Positions 37,479 through 42,000 of a stretch of 42,000 nucleotides of DNA are shown here, piece after piece. The position numbers and the translations under genes were made by a program. Origin of the DNA: a virus (taxonomy: Duplodnaviria; Caudoviricetes); the IMG/VR virus record IMGVR_UViG_3300031606_000394, positions 1-42,000 of that record; one strand, given 5' to 3'. The notes beneath the pieces were generated by a model that did not search any database, was not told the DNA's origin, and saw nothing but the letters and a program-made list of their open reading frames with translations. Each line of letters starts with the position of its first letter. The stretch's first letter is position 1.

Positions 37479-37512
37479 TTGCTTTTCTTTAAAAAGTGGG
37501 GTATGTTATGGT
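37479..37512 (+). promoter_or_regulatory. sigma70-like promoter, leaderless
   Basis: TTGCTT-N17-TATGTT-N5-ATG (37513). Confidence 0.6.
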
Positions 37513-37734
37513 ATGAAAGAGAATATGAAAGACACAAAAGAAACAACCGACTTTATCGTAACCACCACCAGCGGCACACGCTGGAGTGCAACTGGTACAT
37601 CACCCGCCAACGTGCGAGAGAACTTTTGGATGCGTTCCCCCTCCATCATCGCCAAGGTAGAAGCGGGTAGACTTTTCACCCACGAAGAAGATGCGGAATT
37701 GAAAAGAGAAAAACTTGAAGAAATGTGCAGGTAG
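37513..37734 (+). CDS. Small early protein
   Basis: 73 aa; its TAG stop lies inside the next class B repeat. Confidence 0.7.
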   Translation: MKENMKDTKETTDFIVTTTSGTRWSATGTSPANVRENFWMRSPSIIAKVEAGRLFTHEEDAELKREKLEEMCR

Positions 37735-37766
37735 GACGGCAGATGTCCCACCTCCCGTGGTATACT
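37731..37766 (+). promoter_or_regulatory. Class B promoter repeat, copy 1
   Basis: GTAGGAC-N7-GTCCCAC-N9(TGG)-TATACT. Confidence 0.85.
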
Positions 37767-37788
37767 AAACGCATAACAAATTAAGAAT

Positions 37789-37956
37789 ATGAAAAACAAA
37801 AACGAAAACACGAACGAGCTAACCGTTAAGGGCTTGACCAGTAACGAAGACGAAACCTTTACCGGCGTTCGAAATGACAGCTTCGGCCACGATTACCGTG
37901 ACCACGACCAAGATGCTTGGAATTTTGAAATTGACGAAACCGATTGCTGGAAGTAA
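37789..37956 (+). CDS. Small acidic protein, paralog family Y (copy 1), not in ORF track
   Basis: 55 aa MKNKNENTNELTVKGLTSNEDETFTGVRNDSFGHDYRDHDQDAWNFEIDETDCWK; near-identical to 38842..39024. Confidence 0.8.
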   Translation: MKNKNENTNELTVKGLTSNEDETFTGVRNDSFGHDYRDHDQDAWNFEIDETDCWK

Positions 37957-37962
37957 AAAATT

Positions 37963-38181
37963 ATGGGAATGATAACAATGCCACAAATGAAACAAGCGCG
38001 TAACCTAAAGCTGGGCGCGATTTACGTACTCAAGGGTACTTACGAAAAAGTTCGACTGGTAAGCATCGGATGCAGCGCCAGCGTAGAAAACGCACGGGGC
38101 GAAGGCTACGGCGAAACCATACCGTTTAAGCATTTGCTTTACGCCAACGCCGTGGAGGTGAAAAACTTTTTGGAAGGGTAG
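37963..38181 (+). CDS. Small early protein, paralog family X (copy 2)
   Basis: QARNLKLGAIYVLKGTYEKVRL...VENARGEGYGETIPFKHLLYA. Confidence 0.8.
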   Translation: MGMITMPQMKQARNLKLGAIYVLKGTYEKVRLVSIGCSASVENARGEGYGETIPFKHLLYANAVEVKNFLEG

Positions 38182-38213
38182 CACCACAAATGTCCCACCT
38201 CGTGTGCTATACT
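38178..38213 (+). promoter_or_regulatory. Class B promoter repeat, copy 2
   Basis: GTAGCAC-N7-GTCCCAC-N9(TGC)-TATACT-N6-ATG (38220). Confidence 0.85.
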
Positions 38214-38219
38214 AGACGT

Positions 38220-38375
38220 ATGAAAATGATTATGAAAGACGAACTTTTTGAAGTAAGAATCGCAACGTGGAGCAATGGCACCACCACCACCACCCACATC
38301 AAAGCATTTGACTTGGCTCACGCCAAGCGGATTGCTAAACGCAAATGGGGAACCACAAGGGTTCTGCCAGTATAA
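38220..38375 (+). CDS. Small basic early protein (51 aa)
   Basis: MKMIMKDELFEVRIATWSNG...HAKRIAKRKWG; leaderless start. Confidence 0.7.
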   Translation: MKMIMKDELFEVRIATWSNGTTTTTHIKAFDLAHAKRIAKRKWGTTRVLPV

Positions 38376-38433
38376 CAGCCCACCGTGCCGCCTTGTTGAA
38401 ACTACGCTTGAGACACAGCGTGATGGATGAGGG

Positions 38434-38466
38434 TTGGCACGGTGCGTGCAGCCCGCCGCGTGCCAA
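38434..38466. repeat. 33-bp dual sigma54-like palindrome, copy 2 (inverted relative to the others)
   Basis: TTGGCACG-gtgc-GTGCAGC-ccgccg-CGTGCCAA. Confidence 0.85.
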
Positions 38467-38500
38467 CAATCCAGAGAAAAAGTTTTTTAGTTTTCTCAAG

Positions 38501-38536
38501 GTAGGACTGCAGATGTCTCACCCCGTGTGGTATACT
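38501..38536 (+). promoter_or_regulatory. Class B promoter repeat, copy 3
   Basis: GTAGGAC-N7-GTCTCAC-N9(TGG)-TATACT-N6-ATG (38543). Confidence 0.85.
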
Positions 38537-38542
38537 TACAGC

Positions 38543-38803
38543 ATGATGATTGAAACAGATATGAAAGAAAAACCAACCTACGAACTCTGGTTCTTAGGTG
38601 ACCGCTGCAACTCCCTTGTGAAGTGTCGCGAGTCATTCAACAAACTGCTGATTGATGCGGGCGAGCTAATGCGCTGCGGGCGCGAAGCAGGGTTAAGCGT
38701 TGGAGGCATAGAAATCTGCTGTGTGAGTGCTGATGGCAATGACGTCGAAACAGTGTGGCATCACAACCTCGCAGACGACAAGAAAAAGAAAGTCACAAGG
38801 TAG
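38543..38803 (+). CDS. Small early protein (86 aa)
   Basis: MMIETDMKEKPTYELWFLG...; TAG stop inside the next class B repeat. Confidence 0.75.
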   Translation: MMIETDMKEKPTYELWFLGDRCNSLVKCRESFNKLLIDAGELMRCGREAGLSVGGIEICCVSADGNDVETVWHHNLADDKKKKVTR

Positions 38804-38835
38804 GACTGCAAATGTCCCACCCTCTATGCTATAAT
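38800..38835 (+). promoter_or_regulatory. Class B promoter repeat, copy 4
   Basis: GTAGGAC-N7-GTCCCAC-N9(TGC)-TATAAT-N6-ATG (38842). Confidence 0.85.
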
Positions 38836-38841
38836 AGACTT

Positions 38842-39024
38842 ATGATAATTGAAACAGATATGAAAGAAAAAGAAAACACAAACGAGCTAACCGTTAAGGG
38901 CTTACTCAGTAACGAAGATGAAACCTTTACCGGTGTCCGTAATGATAGCTTCGGCCACGATTACCGCGACCACGACCAAGACACTTGGAACTACGAAATT
39001 GACGAAACCGATTGCTGGAAGTAA
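38842..39024 (+). CDS. Small acidic protein, paralog family Y (copy 2)
   Basis: MIIETDMKEKENTNELTVKGLLSNEDETFTGVRNDSFGHDY... Confidence 0.8.
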   Translation: MIIETDMKEKENTNELTVKGLLSNEDETFTGVRNDSFGHDYRDHDQDTWNYEIDETDCWK

Positions 39025-39029
39025 AGATT

Positions 39030-39215
39030 ATGAAAATAGAAAACATAGAAGTAAAAGTGGGCGATGAAATTCGCGTTGGGATGCAACTGATGATAGTTGA
39101 TGAAATCACAGAATTTGACACCATCATTGCAATTGATGAAGATGGTGCAGAGTTAGAGTTAACCGAAAATGAATTTGACGTTTACGTCGACCGTTCAAAA
39201 GTGAAGGGAAATTAA
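39030..39215 (+). CDS. Small very acidic beta-rich protein (61 aa)
   Basis: MKIENIEVKVGDEIRVG...DEDGAELELTENEFD. Confidence 0.75.
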   Translation: MKIENIEVKVGDEIRVGMQLMIVDEITEFDTIIAIDEDGAELELTENEFDVYVDRSKVKGN

Positions 39216-39218
39216 ATT

Positions 39219-39440
39219 ATGGGAATGATAGTAATGATGAACAAACAAGCGCACAACTTAAAGTTGGGAGCGATTTATGTACTTAAAGGTACTTACGAAA
39301 AAGTGCGGTTGCTGACCGTTTTACCCTGCGAAGGCGTTTGGGTAGAAAACGCACAAGGCGAAGGCTACGGCAAAACCGTTCCATTTGAACATTTGCTTTA
39401 CGCTAACGACGAAGAAGTAAAAAACTTTTTGGAGAATTAA
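39219..39440 (+). CDS. Small early protein, paralog family X (copy 3)
   Basis: QAHNLKLGAIYVLKGTYEKVRLLTVLPCEGVWVENAQGEGYG. Confidence 0.8.
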   Translation: MGMIVMMNKQAHNLKLGAIYVLKGTYEKVRLLTVLPCEGVWVENAQGEGYGKTVPFEHLLYANDEEVKNFLEN

Positions 39441-39444
39441 AATT

Positions 39445-39648
39445 ATGGAAACAAGAACAATAGTAAATGCGGCGTTGGAAACCAACGAGAATTTTATGAC
39501 TATTGACGGGGTACTTTTCTCCGTGGTAGAGCATAGAACATTTGATGATTTTGGAGTGAGCACGGAAAGCTTCAAGGTCGTGAACTTTAGCAGTGAAACT
39601 CGCGTGCTTCACAGTGATGATGATGCGCTAACCTTCTGGGAGAATTAA
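39445..39648 (+). CDS. Small acidic hypothetical protein
   Basis: 67 aa; TAAAATTATG junction like its neighbours. Confidence 0.7.
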   Translation: METRTIVNAALETNENFMTIDGVLFSVVEHRTFDDFGVSTESFKVVNFSSETRVLHSDDDALTFWEN

Positions 39649-39652
39649 GATT

Positions 39653-39808
39653 ATGAAAAAAACAAAAAAACAACTGATTGAGGAATTGCCATCTTCAGAC
39701 CTACGCAAAGAACACGAAAAAGATATATTGATTCACGGGATTTTTATAGGCGTTTTAATTGGCAGCCTATTAACTGGGATAATGATTGAAGTTTTTCCAA
39801 GGATATAA
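39653..39808 (+). CDS. Small membrane protein (51 aa), not in ORF track
   Basis: MKKTKKQLIEELPSSDLRKEHEKDILIHGIFIGVLIGSLLTGIMIEVFPRI. Confidence 0.65.
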   Translation: MKKTKKQLIEELPSSDLRKEHEKDILIHGIFIGVLIGSLLTGIMIEVFPRI

Positions 39809-39847
39809 TTATGACGGCGCGCGCTGTCAAGCGGTTTTCCCAAAAAG

Positions 39848-39856
39848 TTATTCACA
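39848..39856 (+). promoter_or_regulatory. DnaA-box consensus match
   Basis: TTATTCACA matches TTATNCACA exactly, 6 bp from palindrome copy 3. Confidence 0.55.
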
Positions 39857-39862
39857 AAAAAG

Positions 39863-39895
39863 TTGGCACGGCGGCGGCTGCACCTCGCGTGCCAA
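39863..39895. repeat. 33-bp dual sigma54-like palindrome, copy 3
   Basis: TTGGCACG-gcggcg-GCTGCAC-ctcg-CGTGCCAA. Confidence 0.85.
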
Positions 39896-39898
39896 CCT

Positions 39899-39985
39899 TT
39901 ACCAGACACGCAAGCGGTCTAAGTACTGCAGCAAGATCCACGCGACGGCGACGCCTGTAACGATATGGTAATGGTATGTTCTCAT
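39899..39985 (-). CDS. 28-aa hydrophobic peptide, not in ORF track
   Basis: MRTYHYHIVTGVAVAWILLQYLDRLRVW; TAATTATG junction; stop 3 bp from palindrome copy 3. Confidence 0.5.
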   Translation of the reverse strand: MRTYHYHIVTGVAVAWILLQYLDRLRVW

Positions 39986-39987
39986 AA

Positions 39988-40113
39988 TTAAATACTTGTA
40001 AAGTTTTCTTCTTGAAGCTCAAGTGCTTCATACTCCTCTTGGTCGGTCGGTGCGTTGATTCCCTCGCAGATCAAATCCAAGAGCTTCGCTGTTTGTATGT
40101 CGTTGTCTTCCAT
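39988..40113 (-). CDS. 41-aa acidic peptide, not in ORF track
   Basis: MEDNDIQTAKLLDLICEGINAPTDQEEYEALELQEENFTSI; leaderless after a class A promoter. Confidence 0.7.
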   Translation of the reverse strand: MEDNDIQTAKLLDLICEGINAPTDQEEYEALELQEENFTSI

Positions 40114-40148
40114 TGCTATAATGTAACACTTAAACTTAAAAAAGTCAA
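40114..40148 (-). promoter_or_regulatory. Class A sigma70 promoter repeat
   Basis: TTGACT-tttttaagtttaagtgt-TACATT-N6-ATG. Confidence 0.85.
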
Positions 40149-40156
40149 GCGGTTTT

Positions 40157-40351
40157 TTACCACGTCCACGCTTCTCCCGCTATCATCATATGGGCGATGA
40201 CGCCAACGAGGACAAGGGATGCACCAGCACACGCAGCGATAACTAGCTCGCAATGCCAAATGTGCTTTTGTTCGCGGAGGATGCTCGCTTTAAGGTCGAG
40301 GATCTTAAGGGCTTTGCTGGGGTTTGGGTAGGCTTTCTTTGTTGCTTTCAT
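40157..40351 (-). CDS. Small membrane protein (MKATKK...)
   Basis: 64 aa with a C-terminal hydrophobic helix; leaderless. Confidence 0.75.
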   Translation of the reverse strand: MKATKKAYPNPSKALKILDLKASILREQKHIWHCELVIAACAGASLVLVGVIAHMMIAGEAWTW

Positions 40352-40386
40352 TGTTATAATATAACACTTAAACTTAAAAAAGTCAA
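40352..40386 (-). promoter_or_regulatory. Class A sigma70 promoter repeat
   Basis: TTGACT-tttttaagtttaagtgt-TATATT-N6-ATG. Confidence 0.85.
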
Positions 40387-40395
40387 GCGGTTTTT

Positions 40396-40644
40396 TCAGT
40401 TTCTTTCAAGGACTGACGCGGGTTGACCGTCAACGAGCCACGACGCTGTGCCTGTGTCCGACAAGCAAGCCACCGCGTCAGTATCCACCCCACAAGCAGC
40501 CTTGAAGCGGTCAGCGTCAAAACGCGGGTTGTCCTTGGCGAAATGGGTTGCGGCTAGGGTAGCCAGCACAGGGGCGGGCGTGCCGTTGTTGGCGGCGTTG
40601 ATAAGGGCTGCGGTGAATTCGAAGTCTTTCTTTGTTGCTTTCAT
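40396..40644 (-). CDS. Small early protein (MKATKKDFEFTA...DNPRFDADRFKAACG)
   Basis: 82 aa from ATG 40644; TKKDF...DNPRFDxxRFxxAC is a pattern I associate with small phage early proteins. Confidence 0.75.
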   Translation of the reverse strand: MKATKKDFEFTAALINAANNGTPAPVLATLAATHFAKDNPRFDADRFKAACGVDTDAVACLSDTGTASWLVDGQPASVLERN

Positions 40645-40679
40645 TAGTATAATGTAACACTTAAACTTAAAAAAGTCAA
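40645..40679 (-). promoter_or_regulatory. Class A sigma70 promoter repeat
   Basis: TTGACT-tttttaagtttaagtgt-TACATT-N6-ATG. Confidence 0.85.
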
Positions 40680-40696
40680 GGGCTTTTCTGAGAAAG

Positions 40697-40720
40697 TTAT
40701 TCGCAGGGAATTGTGAACAA
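40697..40720. promoter_or_regulatory. Inverted pair of DnaA-box-like 9-mers
   Basis: TTATTCGCA (40697-40705) and TGTGAACAA (40712-40720), each one mismatch from TTATNCACA. Confidence 0.5.
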
Positions 40721-40727
40721 CTCAAGG

Positions 40728-40760
40728 TTGGCACGGCGGCGGCTGCACTTTTCGTGCCAA
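40728..40760. repeat. 33-bp dual sigma54-like palindrome, copy 4
   Basis: TTGGCACG-gcggcg-GCTGCAC-tttt-CGTGCCAA; minus strand reads TTGGCACGAAAAGTGCA. Confidence 0.85.
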
Positions 40761-40761
40761 C

Positions 40762-41229
40762 TTATTGAAAGCCTGTCGGAGCTTTCCTCAAGCGATAAAA
40801 CAGATGTTTGCCAACCGAGCGCACCGCCTTCTTACCCTTCAAGTGGTCTGGTGTCCGGATGCCTGTCGGGTTTATGTAGTGGTCGGCATAGTTAACATAA
40901 CGGCGGTCAACCGTGTTGAGGCTCTGCGCTAATGCTATGGCATAGTGCCGCATGCTGTGCGTCTGCAATAGTCTTGGAAGTTTTGCCCTGTTGGGGTCGT
41001 TCTTATTCCAGCAAGAGAATTGCCAATCCTGCTTGCATACCTGTGCGGGTGTCAGGTGTCGATTGATGGAGCGTTGAGCTATAACGCAAGCCACCGCATA
41101 CATACCCGCCTTGCCCTCCCCACGAGCTTCGCCAAGTATAGTCATGGCAACGGTCTTTTGCTCTTGTGTGAGTTGCGCCTGTGCTGCCAGCGCAAGCATG
41201 AACGTGAGAGTTATACCCCAGAACCACAT
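40762..41229 (-). CDS. Cell wall hydrolase (SleB/Hydrolase_2 family) with signal peptide
   Basis: TILGEARGEGKAGMYAVACVIAQR, QFSCWN, ADHY and GKHLFY; start MWFWGITLTFMLALAAQA with TGATG overlap. Confidence 0.88.
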   Translation of the reverse strand: MWFWGITLTFMLALAAQAQLTQEQKTVAMTILGEARGEGKAGMYAVACVIAQRSINRHLTPAQVCKQDWQFSCWNKNDPNRAKLPRLLQTHSMRHYAIALAQSLNTVDRRYVNYADHYINPTGIRTPDHLKGKKAVRSVGKHLFYRLRKAPTGFQ

Positions 41230-41558
41230 CACAGCACCTCCTTCCATACTGCGTGCGACATAGTGGTCGGTGTGCGATACTCCCACGCTGGAGACATCGG
41301 GCTAACCTTCTCCCATCCGTCTTGCACGAATAGCTTGCCAATGGTGTAGTCTAGCCAATAGCGAGACTGTTGCTCAAAAGTCTTATCCATAGCTGCCTCT
41401 ATCACCTTGATAAACTCTGCTGTTGCTGGCTTGGCATCGGTGGAGAAAAAGGCATTCGCCTCATCAAATCCGCCCCAGCGTCCGGTAGCTTCTTTCTTTC
41501 CAAGTGCGGCGAGTTCTATTCTATAATACTTTTCTTCTGTTTTTGTTTCTGTTTTCAT
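41229..41558 (-). CDS. Hypothetical early protein
   Basis: 109 aa; TAAATTATG junction. Confidence 0.7.
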   Translation of the reverse strand: MKTETKTEEKYYRIELAALGKKEATGRWGGFDEANAFFSTDAKPATAEFIKVIEAAMDKTFEQQSRYWLDYTIGKLFVQDGWEKVSPMSPAWEYRTPTTMSHAVWKEVL

Positions 41559-41561
41559 AAT

Positions 41562-41792
41562 TTAATTCTCCAAGTTCAGCGGGTCGATGACCCGCCCGTC
41601 ATCATCGAGGGCTTCTGCAAATTCTTCCTCATCAAATAACATTTCGTTGCAATGCATCATATCCTGCACAGCTTCCTCGCTCATGTGCTTAACGCAAGCC
41701 ATAATGACTTGGTCTTTATCATACAAGCCCTCTTCAATGCGCTCCAGTAGTAGGTTCGTGTATTCTCTTGCTTTCATATCTGTTTTAATCAT
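41562..41792 (-). CDS. Small acidic early protein (76 aa)
   Basis: MIKTDMKAREYTNLLLERIEEGLYDKDQVIMACVKHMSE...; leaderless after a class B repeat. Confidence 0.75.
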   Translation of the reverse strand: MIKTDMKAREYTNLLLERIEEGLYDKDQVIMACVKHMSEEAVQDMMHCNEMLFDEEEFAEALDDDGRVIDPLNLEN

Positions 41793-41798
41793 GCGTCT

Positions 41799-41834
41799 AG
41801 TATAGCACAGGGGGTGGGACAATTGCCGTCCTAC
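41799..41834 (-). promoter_or_regulatory. Class B promoter repeat, copy 5
   Basis: Minus strand GTAGGAC-N7-GTCCCAC-N9(TGC)-TATACT-N6-ATG (41792). Confidence 0.85.
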
Positions 41835-42000
41835 CCTAAAACTTCCTCAATAAACTTTTCACCCACGCATTCGACGTGGAACTCGTCACGAGGTAGCCAG
41901 CCCATCCAAATCTCCGCGCCGAATTTGTGCGGGGGTGCGGCTCTCAAGAGCCACTTGCTGCCAATTATGTTGTCCCCCTCGAAATTGAACACAGACCCAT
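41831..42000 (-). CDS. 3' end of a hypothetical gene, partial
   Basis: Open frame ...GSVFNFEGDNIIGSKWLLRAAPPHKFGAEIWMGWLPRDEFHVECVGEKFIEEVLG ending at a TAG inside the class B repeat. Confidence 0.6.
   Translation of the reverse strand, partial: GSVFNFEGDNIIGSKWLLRAAPPHKFGAEIWMGWLPRDEFHVECVGEKFIEEVLG

Noticed and set aside
38190-39024. Long ORF-track starts at 38190, 38345 and 38755 (also 40734 and 41822)
   Set aside because: The extensions (MSHxxCY..., ALDFFKFKCYII) are translations of the promoter repeats; the likely starts are 6 nt after the -10.
37340-40760. 33-bp palindromes as plain intrinsic terminators
   Set aside because: Only copy 3 has a clear T tract; the 17-nt interior has invariant length and a conserved GCTGCAC. 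A secondary terminator role is not excluded.
37340-41834. Repeats as a CRISPR array
   Set aside because: Spacing is irregular (hundreds of bp), the intervals hold ORFs, orientations are mixed and no cas genes are present.
37731-41834. Class B repeats as integron attC sites
   Set aside because: No RYYYAAC/GTTRRRY ends in this repeat, too short, and no integrase in the window.

Overview
A 42 kb segment of a large tailed dsDNA phage genome, mostly minus-strand. No rRNA, tRNA or CRISPR array was recognised. (1) 1-7.2 kb, virion module: a partial Gly-X-Y collagen-like fibre gene that the ORF track missed, an adaptor-like protein, major capsid protein, decoration protein and prohead protease/scaffold. 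(2) 7.2-20.1 kb, glycan-modification island: several glycosyltransferases, NDP-sugar dehydrogenase, NodU-type carbamoyltransferase, three sulfotransferases and a membrane/lipoprotein-peptidase trio. (3) 20.1-28.9 kb: holin/spanin-like cassette, a tubulin/FtsZ-family GTPase directly behind the portal gene, large terminase, ERCC4 nuclease and a sigma-like factor. (4) 29-36.6 kb: HAD phosphatase, ClpP, PhoH, 2OG-Fe(II) oxygenase, rhamnose pathway (rmlA, rmlB, epimerase/reductase), methyltransferase and SET protein. (5) 36.7-42 kb: small, often duplicated early-type genes separated by repeated regulatory modules. The most unusual signal is in region 5. Four exactly 33-bp elements (TTGGCACG-N6-GCTGCAC-N4-CGTGCCAA) each read as two head-to-head sigma54 -24/-12 sites, and three of them sit next to DnaA-box-like 9-mers and a sigma70 -35. 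A second repeat (GTAGGAC-N7-GTCCCAC-N9-TATACT-N6-ATG) supplies the stop codon of the upstream gene and the promoter and leaderless start of the downstream gene. A candidate late-promoter motif AGTGTA precedes many structural and late genes. All protein calls come from reading motifs by eye; no searches were run.
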